A DNA stretch of 41,041 nt from Octopus bimaculoides (lineage: Eukaryota), in NCBI RefSeq assembly GCF_001194135.2, contig NC_068988.1, positions 5,233,932 to 5,274,972 on the forward strand. The letters run 5' to 3'. The position numbers and the translations under genes were made by a program. The notes under the pieces were generated by a model. It made no database searches and had not been told where the DNA came from. It saw only the letters and a list, made by a program, of their open reading frames with translations. Below are positions 1 through 11,320 of this stretch, one piece after another. The stretch's first letter is position 1. Each line of letters starts with the position of its first letter.

Positions 1-27
1 ATATATATATATATATATATATATAAT
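1..27. repeat. (AT)n microsatellite
   Basis: Pure AT dinucleotide run at the window start. Confidence 0.95.
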
Positions 28-917
28 GCAATTTAAACTGTGTTGAACGCAAAATTCAAGAACCAATACTTGCAAAAACCAAGGGTAATGCAAGGGAAAG
101 AACAATTAAAGAAATCTCCATTTGAATTCTCCAGTGTCTTAAAAATTATCCATATATTTAAATATATCTAGTGTATCAATAAATTGTAAATGGTGCTTGG
201 TTTCTGAGTTGAACATATATGTAATACATCATACTTCGTGTATGAATAAAGCTAATAAAATGTGGTTTTAATCGTGACTCAACAAACTGAAGAGCGCTAA
301 TCTTAAAATATGTTTGTTTTTAGATAATTTCTTTATCGGCGCTTCATTGATTATGAATCCGCGAAATTCCAACACAGAAAATTAAAATGAAAATTGGTGA
401 CGCTCTCCTAAAATCATAGATAGAAATAGGAAAGCATGAAAAGTTTACCACGGCAAAAATCAATATTTGCAAACGTTCCAGTAGTTATGGCGAGTTTTAT
501 AGTACCCAAGATTGGAACTTCACGCCTTTTGGTTTCCATCTTTTTTATTGAGAATGAATTTCCCATAAAATATCCCACCAAATAAGAAAATAATGTCATC
601 TGCTTAGATATCAAATCCAACCTTGAAGTTTCAGGTAAAAAAATTCTTTGATAACCAAACCACATTTCCCTAACCATCAATCACTATATTTTAGATCAAT
701 ATAAATATCGAATATTATGCTGCAATCGTTACAAAATGTCGCCATCAAAATATTCATATATTTGTATATTGATTGGTGTACGTACATGCGCACAAACACA
801 TATATTGTTGTATTTCAAGATCATCATATTTTTTTTGCCAAATAAACACACGCGCTATATATTTTTTCTTCACTCGTTTATTACTGATCTTATTTTATTA
901 TTTTAACTCATGCCCAT

Positions 918-962
918 TGTCCGGAAATCTTTCGTCACACATCTGTGACTTCTTCAGCGACA
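918..962 (-). ncRNA. Second copy of the hammerhead-like motif on the opposite strand
   Basis: Minus strand reads tgtcg-CTGAAGA-a-gtcaca/gatg/tgtgac-GAAA-gatttc-cggaca. Confidence 0.45.
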
Positions 963-1040
963 CTTTTCATTTTCGTGTGTGCTCTTGCTCCACTTACTCC
1001 ATTAAATAAGTGGAGCAAGAACACACATGAAAACGAAAAG

Positions 1041-1085
1041 TGTCACTGAAGAGGTCACAGATGTGTGACGAAAGATTTCCAGACA
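1041..1085 (+). ncRNA. Minimal type I hammerhead-ribozyme-like motif (Penelope pLTR type)
   Basis: tgtca-CTGAAGA-g-gtcaca/gatg/tgtgac-GAAA-gatttc-cagaca: core CUGANGA and GAAA flank a perfect 6-bp stem II; stems I and III imperfect. Confidence 0.45.
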
Positions 1086-1180
1086 ATAGACATGAGTTAA
1101 GATAATGAAATAAGAACAGTACTAAACGAGAAAAAATATAAAAGTAACAAAGAGACACAGTTCGGTGAGTTAGAGTATAT

Positions 1181-1258
1181 CGATTATACCGACCTTAACA
1201 CTTAACTAGGATGAATGGCAAAATTGGCTTCGACGGAGTTAGTATTTAGAACGTAAAG
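1181..1258 (-). mobile_element. Degraded, internally deleted SINE fragment (same family as 29531-30150)
   Basis: cgattataccgacc...cttaact / aggatgaatggcaaaatt...tttagaacgtaaag resembles the minus-oriented SINE copy at 29531-29695. Confidence 0.45.
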
Positions 1259-1431
1259 GTGTGTAATCGAATTTATTCGTCGTTCTGGTGATTCAGTCAA
1301 TCATTTTTTAATAGTGACTTCAAATATATACATTCATCTTAAAACGGTGTACTGAAATTGCCTCTCAGTCGATTAACGCATGAATTTTGTCGACCTTGGG
1401 AACATAAAAGATCAGCATCACAGCGAAAAGA

Positions 1432-1693
1432 TAGGATAGCGAAAAGATTTACAATGTTTTAAAGACTTAAATGTACGTAATCCGTTATATTTCAATGATA
1501 CATCCTCGTATAGTAAATAATTGTTATTTGAATCTTTTAAATATTGTTCAAGAAGAATATGATACTTGAGTCCAATAGAATTAAACCAGAAACTAGTGTA
1601 ATTCTCGTTTTGGTTCCCTTCACGTAAGTATAGAGAATACTTAGCAAAACTTTGTGTTTGAGAAAGACAGATATCGTCTGGTTTTCATGTATA
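1432..1693 (+). repeat. 262-bp direct repeat, copy 1
   Basis: taggatagcgaaaagattt...gtctggttttcatgtata is near-identical to 3716-3977. Confidence 0.95.
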
Positions 1694-2525
1694 ACACTTA
1701 ACACATTCACCGGTTGCAAATTTCCAAGGACATCCTATTATGACAAACTTAAAAGACTGGTGTACGTGATATTGTTATTATAAAAAAAAAACAGGAAAGA
1801 TACTACACGATACAGAGGAGTAATGGAAATAGTTTAGTCAAAATTGGTCGATAACATAATAAGAATAGCTCTGGGAATAATTAGTAATATTGATACATTC
1901 TGTTGTATCACTTTATTCCTTTAATACATTTATGATATTGTTAAATCCCTTTGCGCCTTCATCTATAAATTTAATGGCTTACTTTTCGACTATCTTTATA
2001 TCTATTGATATTACTGACCAGTTTTAGAGGATCATTTGATTGATTTTTATAAAGTGAGCTTTTTACAAATTTCGTCACGTATCTTTTCTTGGATTAAAAT
2101 AATCATTGTCAATAGGTGGCGAGACGTGTTATTGACAGTCTTCTATATATAGAAGCTTTGAGAAGAAGTAATTCTATTGAATTTGTAGAACTGTATGAAA
2201 ATATCGGTTCGTGTTTGAAGAAGATTTATGGTTGAACTTAAAGAATTTTGCTGAGGAAGATATTAAAAATTATTTAAAGAAACAAAACATTTTACTCGTG
2301 AGTTGACTTAAGAAATACGACACAAATAAGTTATTTAGTGATTTGCAAAAACTGAATCTCATCCAAAAAAACATCCCACTAAACTGAGGAAATGCATTTA
2401 TAGACGATCATTATAAGCTTTTAGTTTAGAAAAGTTTGGCTTTTCTCATTGTATAAAATGAAATATAGATTCGAGCTTTCCATGCATAATTTAAATAGAA
2501 TTTTAAAATGCCATCTTTTTCACAA

Positions 2526-2528
<3 letters not shown>

Positions 2529-2595
<67 letters not shown>
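2529..2595. repeat. (GT)n microsatellite
   Basis: Direct inspection. Confidence 0.95.
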
Positions 2596-2599
<4 letters not shown>

Positions 2600-3715
2600 T
2601 AAGTCGAAAAACATACAAACTTACTCATAATTGCATTCAGCAGTAATGCCATAAGGGGCTCAAACATTAATAGTTAAAGATATAACAGCTTCGAAATTAA
2701 TAAAAAGACAAAATCTGAATTAGTCCCAATAGTTATTAATTGGCCAAAGATATTGAATTTGTTGATTAGGACTTTTCTTAATGTATAAATTTGCCCGTTG
2801 CTCTGTTGGAATATAGCCAACCCATCGTTTCTATGTAGACTACAGATTATTTTACTGTATTTCTTGTTCAGTACACCTAGGACCTATACCCACAAGACTG
2901 CATATATTTTTGCAGTCGAAGGTTCTCATATTTGCATCTAAAGAACTAGCGTGGTCTTTTTTGGCCCAGGCAAATTCTTGCCGAGAAAACAGCAGGAAAT
3001 AACTCCGAAAAGAGTATATAATTTTGCAACAGTTTTTGACATGTGTTTGTTGACATATGAAGTAACTTCGAGGACAGAATAAATTAATTCTAACTCAAGA
3101 AATAGGAAAAGTAAAAAAGATATATAAAACTGAATTTTGTAATAAATAGGTGGTAAAATATAATTTTTTATGTCGTTATTTGAAACTATACTAAAAAGGC
3201 ATTGTTATGTTGGTGAAACATGTAATAGAAATCTTTTTTAGAATTTTAAAAACATCAAATTCAAATTCAAAAAAGTGACTCCTAGCAACACTACATTTGA
3301 AAATGAAGCATAACTGGAACTTAGAATATTGAAATATAAAGTTATCTCATTCGCCAAGGCTATACGGGTAGAATTCGTTAAAGCCGGTTCATTGAAGTAG
3401 AGTACTAGATGTACAAATATTTGAATATCGTAATGTTTAGATGTTGCAGATGTAACTATTGAAAGATTGTGCAAAAAAGGTTAAATTGAAATGAAAATTA
3501 TGCAATGCTAGAAAATAGCATCAAGCATTGGTTATAGAAAAGTTAAGAAGCTAAAAACTGACCCACACCCGCCAATAGGCGAAATTTAGATGTTTGTCAT
3601 GATTATATACTGCTCGCAAGTTGAAAAAAAATTATTATTTTACAATTTGGGAAAAGAGAATCTTATCTGAGAGTTAGAGAAATAAAAAATATTCAGTGTT
3701 TTCTTTTTTACCTGC

Positions 3716-3977
3716 TAGGATAGCGAAAAGATTTACAATGTTTTAAAGACTTAAATGTACGTAATCCGTTATATTTCAATGACACATCCACGTATAGTAA
3801 ATAATTGTTATTTGAATCTTTTAAATAGTGTTCAAGAAGAATATGATACTTGAGTCCAATAGAATTAAACCAGAAACTAGTGTAATTCTCGTTTTGGTTC
3901 CCTTCACATAAGTATAGAGAATACTTAGCAAATCTTTGTGTTTGAGAAAGACAGATATCGTCTGGTTTTCATGTATA
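3716..3977 (+). repeat. 262-bp direct repeat, copy 2
   Basis: Same length and sequence as 1432-1693 with a handful of substitutions. Confidence 0.95.
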
Positions 3978-5639
3978 GCTCATTTGAGAAATGTACATAG
4001 TTTCTTATTAACAAAAGGCTTGGGTTGCTCTGAAGCTATAATAGAATATATTTGCCTAAGCTTCGTCATTCTGACATCGGATTCGAAACCTCCTGAATGT
4101 GAAATGAACTACTAAATCAGCCAGTCGTATTTGCATCCAGATCTACTCTATTGCAAGGCCGAGAAATGTGTACAATTGGCAGAACACATAACAAACAGTT
4201 GTAGCATTGAACTATGCAGATTGCTCAGCAAAATAAAAGTTACACAAGAGTAATATGAATTACCATATAACCTCCCATTAGCTTGTGGAAGCGGAAAGCA
4301 TTGAAATTTCCAATGAGAGTAAAAAAAAATGCAAACGCAATAATGGCTGGATATGTATGATAGAACAAAAGAAATAATACATAGTTATTGAATGAAATTT
4401 CCATCATAGATCTTTAAAATGATTGAAAGCCTGAAAAAAGTCAAACTAACAGTATATATATATATATAACTGATAACCTCATGCGTAAACATTGTATTGA
4501 TTTGAGTATTTCAGTTCAATATTAACGATACTACCGAGACATTTTAATGAGTTACGACGTTATTTGTGGATTTAGTGTCGTTTAGAGACAATGTGCAAAT
4601 CGAGCTTGTGATTCAAGTATGCAGATACGACGACAATCGACCATTGAGCCTATTGGAATTTTCTATGGACAGAGACAGGAAAGATGAGGTCCGGAAGACC
4701 TTAATTATCATACGCTATTATTTATGGCAACGTTGGTCAGATTTGGTAGGAATAACGAAGAGAAACCAGTCATAAATTCAGCAATTATTTAAATTATTCC
4801 TGTTACATAATTCATTTGGTAAATAAATCGCACAAAAAATTGTCATGTTGGCTTCAGCTTTAGGCTTGCAAAGAGCCGTTTCTATATCTTCTATATCTCC
4901 ATCGAAGATATATTATTCATTTATTCTTCTAATACTTTTGGTAAAATATTAATATTACATTATTCCAGACATGTTTTTCTTTCCATGTCAGCAATATGTA
5001 AGCAATAATACTTAACACATTCACTGACCTGATTTTCTCTCTATATTTGTTTCCCAATTTAACTACTTTTCCCTTTACTTTTATTACAAAATTCTTTTCA
5101 TTTATCCAACATCTGCAGAATAATTAATTGTTAATGAATTGATAACTCTCGCCGATTCTCTAATTACATTCTTGATACATCTATTTCCAGTTTATGGGTA
5201 TAAGGAATTCTGTTTTAGTTACATATCTTATTCTGTAAACTGCTTTACTATAAAACGTTTCTGTAAACAAGATGAGTGGCTACTGAGTATGTACTCTATT
5301 TGTGGTATGCCTATAGCCATCAAATATGTTGTCTTGATAATTTTTTCTCATTGGAATTATTTCACTTCACATTCGTTGCTATAGAAAGCAGGGGCGCCAC
5401 AGACATAATTTCCAAGATTGTTTACAGATCCTCTTTAAGAACTGAACATATCTCTGTATAATCGGAAAAAATCAATGATCACATGTTACATTACATCTGA
5501 ACTTAATTTGAGAGATGGTGTCACATTTTCCGATATTTTTTTGGATTTAGGCACTTGAAGACATAATAAGGAGATTTATACTTCGATTATTTTAAATGCT
5601 GGGCTTATTCTGTTTTTAATTTCCTCATTTGTAACACAG

Positions 5640-6930
5640 ATTTTATTCGACATCACATTAAGACCATTTTGCAGATTGCTTCCTAGTTTTATCAGAGATG
5701 ACATGGACTTCTTAAACCACGTTCCGGAAAGTAAATATAGAGTGGATACTGGTTTGTTTCGATGCGATCAACTTCTACCTAAATATCCCTCATGGATTAG
5801 GATTAGAAGTTGTGAAACTTTGAATAGATAAATACCCACACATTCAGGAGAGATTGTTGAAAGAATTTATCCCAGGTGAATTATGGTTGGTGCCACAAAA
5901 CAAGTACTTCTTCGATAACCGATTTGCCTTCAAATAGAAGAGACAGCAATGAGTACGAAAGTTGCGCCCACGTTTGCAACAAAGTGATGGTTTTCTTAAA
6001 AGAAAACTAAAAGAAGACTCCTGGGTTCGTATTTTGGAACAAGATGAAGAAAAACTTTACAAGATTCCTTAAATTAATCTATAACATTCATGAATCAATC
6101 CATTCACAATAGAATTGAATGAAACGGAACTTCCATTTCAGGACATTTTGTAATTAAGGATAATGAGACTATTAAAGCCGATCTCTACTGCAAGGACGGG
6201 CAAACACCAATACTTAGATTTTAGCTCTTGCCACCTATCCGATATTAAAAGAAATATCCTGTTTAATGTGTTAAGACGTACATATTCGGTAGATATGAAC
6301 TAAAGTACACAAAAGAAAGATGAACTAAAAATATTCTTTGAAGACCAAAAGTACCAAAGAAACTTAGTAAATCATATCATGAACAGAGCAAAAGAAATCC
6401 CCGTTCCCGTCTTATGGGGAAGCGTTCGCGGTGATAGGAAAGGCACAAACAAAAGTATTTCATTTGTAGTCACCCACTGTCACAGAAACGATATTCGGCT
6501 GAACGACAATTTTCACTTCTACACCAACCATTGAATTTAAGAAAAATAATTAAACATTCAGTTATTATTAACAACCACAGGTAACCACCAAATCTTAAAG
6601 AAACAAAAAACACTCAACAAAGTTGAAATTCACATCAACAGAAGAAATAAAATAGGTAACTAAAAGTAAATAGGTTTGTTGTAGGTCATGTGACTAGATT
6701 GAACAGAATAAAACCAAGAAATTTGGAGAATGGGAAGAAATTGGAAGTTATTGCAAATATGATTTAAAAAACAAAATAATCTTAATGCACCACATGTCCA
6801 TACTTCTAAGAAAACCATATCGGCCAAACAGGTACAAAATTAGCATACTGGGTTAGAGTGGATAAACAACAAATGACAGATCCATCCATTAGAAATTTTC
6901 CACATCGTAAACATTTAGAAATCCCTTCTG
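5640..6930 (+). mobile_element. Old, frameshifted Penelope-like element (RT plus GIY-YIG remnants)
   Basis: Manual translation gives FDITLRPFCRLLPSFIRDDMDFLNHVP, (F)DAINFYLNIPHGLGLE, TAMSTKVAPTFA, HQYLDFSSCHLSDIKRNI and at about 6790-6910 TCPYF*ENHIGQTGTKLAYWVRVDKQQMTDPSIRN; these parallel the Penelope copy at 18845-19960. Confidence 0.85.
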
Positions 6931-7170
6931 TCTGTCGTGGCCTGAATTTAGTAGTAGTCACCGACTTTATCAGGGTGTGTTGCTGCTGAGGGGCCGTTGA
7001 AAAACTGCTCTTTGAATGTGTAGATGGAGTGGGATGGTGATTCTGGTACTGTTGAAGTAGTTGTCGTTTTAAAGGGATTGGCATTTTATTTCTTTGTACT
7101 TCTGATTTGTTCTTCATGGTTGGTTACACACACGATTTTTCTTAGCTGACCTTTCAGATTCAACGCTCGG

Positions 7171-7264
7171 ACACATACACACGCACACGCACACAAACAC
7201 ACACACGCAAACAGACACACACACACACAGATACATACACATATACATTCACACGTACACATAC

Positions 7265-7305
<41 letters not shown>

Positions 7306-7869
7306 NNNNNNNNNNNNNNNNNNNNNNNNNNNNNNNNNNNNNNNNNNNNNNNNNNNNNNNNNNNNNNNNNNNNNNNNNNNNNNNNNNNNNNNNNNNNNNN
7401 NNNNNNNNNNNNNNNNNNNNNNNNNNNNNNNNNNNNNNNNNNNNNNNNNNNNNNNNNNNNNNNNNNNNNNNNNNNNNNNNNNNNNNNNNNNNNNNNNNNN
7501 NNNNNNNNNNNNNNNNNNNNNNNNNNNNNNNNNNNNNNNNNNNNNNNNNNNNNNNNNNNNNNNNNNNNNNNNNNNNNNNNNNNNNNNNNNNNNNNNNNNN
7601 NNNNNNNNNNNNNNNNNNNNNNNNNNNNNNNNNNNNNNNNNNNNNNNNNNNNNNNNNNNNNNNNNNNNNNNNNNNNNNNNNNNNNNNNNNNNNNNNNNNN
7701 NNNNNNNNNNNNNNNNNNNNNNNNNNNNNNNNNNNNNNNNNNNNNNNNNNNNNNNNNNNNNNNNNNNNNNNNNNNNNNNNNNNNNNNNNNNNNNNNNNNN
7801 NNNNNNNNNNNNNNNNNNNNNNNNNNNNNNNNNNNNNNNNNNATATATATATATATATATATATATATA
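7171..7869. repeat. Compound (CA)n/(TA)n microsatellite spanning an assembly gap (N 7306-7842)
   Basis: Direct inspection. Confidence 0.9.
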
Positions 7870-8133
7870 AACAATATTTGAGTATATGCATATATATATA
7901 CATGTATGTACATACCTTCATCTACATGTACATATAGATACATATCTGGGTACATGACGTTGCAAATAAACATAGACAAAATGATAAACAAGGTACAAAA
8001 AACAAGCAGGCCACATCGAATATATATATATACATAATTGATAATATCAGGGTAAGAAAATTTTTGAAATTTTTACTACCAGTGGCCTAGTGTGTAGAAA
8101 AATTAGTAAATAGACTATATATTATTCATATGG

Positions 8134-8319
8134 ATACAGTGTACATTTAAACACATAAGAGGTATTCATCATAGGATACCTGGCACGCTAGAAGGAATAG
8201 CCAAAATCCAAACCACTTCGTAATTTATCCCTAATAGTGGTTTGGATTTTGGCTATTCCTTCTAGCGTGGCAGGTATCCTATGATGGATACCTCTTATGT
8301 GTTTAAATGTATACTGTAT
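8134..8319. repeat. Inverted repeat, 84-bp arms (8134-8217 and 8236-8319), 18-nt loop
   Basis: Arms match at 81 of 84 positions by manual comparison. Confidence 0.95.
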
Positions 8320-8417
8320 TTATATATATATATANNNNNNNNNNTGTATGTATGTATGTATGTATGTATGTATATATGTATATATATACATATACACATA
8401 CATACGTATATACATAC

Positions 8418-8715
8418 ACGCTGATATATACATTTTTCACCATGTTTCCTTTGCAGTTGATGCCAAAGACATATTTTCCAATGGCTACTGTGAATCCATA
8501 CCATTATTCAACAAGGCCAACAACATTACCATTGTTGGTCTCTATAGACCTCCCCAAGTACCTCTAAAGTACTTTGAAGAATGCCTCAACAAAATCAAGT
8601 CATTCCTACAAAAATACAGCTTCTGAAACATAATGGTAATGGGTGATTTTAACCTCCTTTATGTAAACTGGCCCACAAATTCTTTGAAGTTAGACAACAG
8701 CACTACACGAGACAC
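8418..8715 (+). mobile_element. AP-endonuclease fragment of a CR1/L2-type LINE
   Basis: Translation FSNGYCES...ITIVGLYRPP...FEECLNKIKSFL...*NIMVMGDFNL..VNW; YRPP and GDFN are conserved APE motifs; one in-frame stop. Confidence 0.8.
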
Positions 8716-9466
8716 GTAATATATTGATATTCATAGTACCATTTGTTGTAGCACACGGTTGATGTTTTTAATTTTGTTTTATATTATCTGAAAAAGACTT
8801 CGCTATCTATGTATTCCCTCACCCGCTACCGATGTGTCGCAGTATCTAAATTTGTGTTCAAATATATAGATATAATATATGCTAGTTGATGCATGACTCT
8901 TTCTGAACCGCTTAAATCTTTATAGAGTAAATCAGCCTTAATTTACAGAAAAAAATAACATGCTTTTTTTATGAATTAAATTTTTTCTGGTTAGTTTTGA
9001 AAGGGACCGCATTTTTCAGAAGTGGTCTTTATATTCTGGTAGATGATTTTTTTATTTTCTCCACTGATGTCTTTGGGATTAATTACAACTTGAAATACGT
9101 ATCAAAATAATGAAAGACCTGTAGAGTTGTTGTAATACCATATATTGGTGCAATAGAAAATTGGAAGATCTACTTTGTGATGACTAAAATAACATCTACC
9201 TGTGGATATTATGATTAAAAACTTTACTTTGCTCTGCAATAAAAAATGTAATATATTCCTTGAGCAATTATTTCCTCAACTGTTCGTTACAATCTTCTGA
9301 CAGACTTTCGTTCGGAAAACGATATCACTTTAGGAATTAAATAATATAAACTACTTTTTTTTTCCTTTTGTGAAATTTTCCTCAATATGTCAACGAGATA
9401 TTTCGCTTGCTTTTTATTGGTTTTATTGATATCAAAAGTGTTTTATACCGAACGTAAAAACAATAT

Positions 9467-9582
<116 letters not shown>

Positions 9583-10189
9583 ACTTCATTTTAGGTGACA
9601 CACGCTTTTAATTTTGACTTGCAGTATCGGGACTGATCCAGCTTCGCTAGGATCATTATGTTTTCGAGCTGTTATTTTCAAACAAAATATATCTAGTACT
9701 ACATTTCCTTCCTTGATTAAAACAGTAAACTGAGATCTGAAGGAGGCATGACTACTCTTTCTAGCAGGTTCAAGCGACCATGTTCATACTTTCTCGTTGA
9801 GTGCTTGATTTTTCTATGCAGAGTAAATCGAGCTGATGTCATTGACAAATGTCGAGCATATTATCAACTTATCTCAGCATTTACTCTTCTAAGCCCTTTT
9901 GTTTTTAAAAAAATCATTAATTTTCTTTTTCAAGACAAAAAATTATATCGTAAACATTAGCAGTGAATTATACACGAAACAGTTTACAATTACAAATATT
10001 TGAATTAATAAAGAAACTTCGATATTATTGAAGTTGCGAACATATTTCATATTGCATGCTAATTATTTTTTATTTATATTTTCGTTTGAGAAGCCATATT
10101 GTTTTAACTCTTTTTATAAAGTTTATATTCATTTCTATGATAATAACATAGATACCTTAATATTGAAAAACTCAACTTTACAAAGCAGA

Positions 10190-10620
10190 CGAATTTTTAT
10201 GAACGAGGCACCATTATGTTGACATAGGAAGATTGAGTTAAGGTTCTTTGCTTATTACTAAAACGTGTTTGAAACTATGTAAATCTGTAGAAAGTGTATT
10301 TATTGATTGAGAGAAAACATGAATGCATGAGCAAAATTAGAGAATCGATTAAGTATTATCATCATAAACATTTTCCTTATCTCTAAAACAAGAAGAAATT
10401 TTTTTGAAAAATCGAACCATATCTTTTAAACAATCAGTTTTCTTGCAGGTTCTACTGTTATAGAAAGTGTCAGCTTGTACACAAGAACTGAAGAAATAGT
10501 TAACGAAACAGCACAGAGAGGATATGTTGTTCCTCTTGGAAGAAGCCATTTACTAACTATAGATTATTGATTATCAGCTAAACACAGTTAAACCGTTGAA
10601 AAATCAACAGATATCGGTGA
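10190..10620 (+). pseudogene. Probable decayed C-terminus of a hATm-like (hAT superfamily) transposase
   Basis: FFEK...ISFLAGSTVIESVSLYTRTEEIVNETAQRGYVVPLGRSHLLTIDY*...TVEK resembles the recalled motif FL..DP..W....Y...VVNDxAERGVKL.....LTKDE....QVVE; not verified by search. Confidence 0.4.
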
Positions 10621-10663
10621 AGCTTCTTAAAATTCTCATTATTTATACAAAATGTAACACACT

Positions 10664-10666
<3 letters not shown>

Positions 10667-10708
<42 letters not shown>

Positions 10709-10870
10709 TACACAAACACACTCACACACACACACACACACAAATATATTTTCTTGCTTAAAATTCATATGTTATGAAATATATTACATTACACACACGC
10801 ACGCACACGTGCACACGCACACATACACACACATATACACATATATATATGTTTGTATATTCAGTTTATG
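10667..10870. repeat. Compound (CA)n/(TA)n microsatellites
   Basis: Direct inspection. Confidence 0.9.
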
Positions 10871-10989
10871 TTTGTATGTATGTATATATAAATGCACATC
10901 GATGTCTGTGTGTGCTCGGAGTGGGGGTATAAGGAGGATTTCCTCCTCCGGACTGTTCATATTGTTCATGAGAGAGTTCGTATAAGAGA

Positions 10990-11320
10990 TTGATAAATTT
11001 ACATTCAAAAACAACATATTTTTCTAACTTTTTGACAAAACTTAAATTATTGCCCACCACTAGCAACACGACAACAAATGAACTTATTAAACCCTCCCAC
11101 AAACTCAGTTATGGACTAACTGTTGCTGAGAGGAACTTTTACCATTTTTTCCACATTATCGATCTTACTCTGATTATAATGAATCAATATTATATTAATA
11201 TATCGATAATGATATATTCAATGTCTACAATGCATTTATATCATTATACCACTTGGAGCACCTTAATGAATTCTATACAATAAGGTGTTTCTAAACTTGC
11301 ACTAAAACAATATATGAACG
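10990..11320 (+). pseudogene. Possible N-terminal remnant of a Penelope-like ORF
   Basis: INLHSK...KLKLLPTTSNTTTNELIK...LTVAERNF loosely matches the PLE N-terminal pattern INLS..L.....LxKGLKFxPT.....EL......LRLxExF. Confidence 0.3.

Larger units (their letters stand above)
858..1140. repeat. Long imperfect inverted repeat (arms 858-996 and 1007-1140, 10-nt loop)
   Basis: Reverse complement of the left arm aligns to the right arm with about 12 substitutions and one 5-nt indel (by eye); centre ctccactta-ctccattaaa-taagtggag. Confidence 0.95.

Noticed and set aside
281-320. aacaaa-CTGAAGA...aaaa-tatg-tttgtt hammerhead-like spacing
   Set aside because: GAAA, stem II and a valid NUH site are missing; compatible with chance in AT-rich DNA.
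414-680. 88-aa minus-strand ORF; an alternative frame has a faint hAT-like look (IIFLFGG, HNYW)
   Set aside because: Similarity is too weak to support a call without a profile search.
4566-4775. 69-aa ORF in a slightly higher-GC patch
   Set aside because: No ATG start, no recognisable motif and no convincing splice pair.
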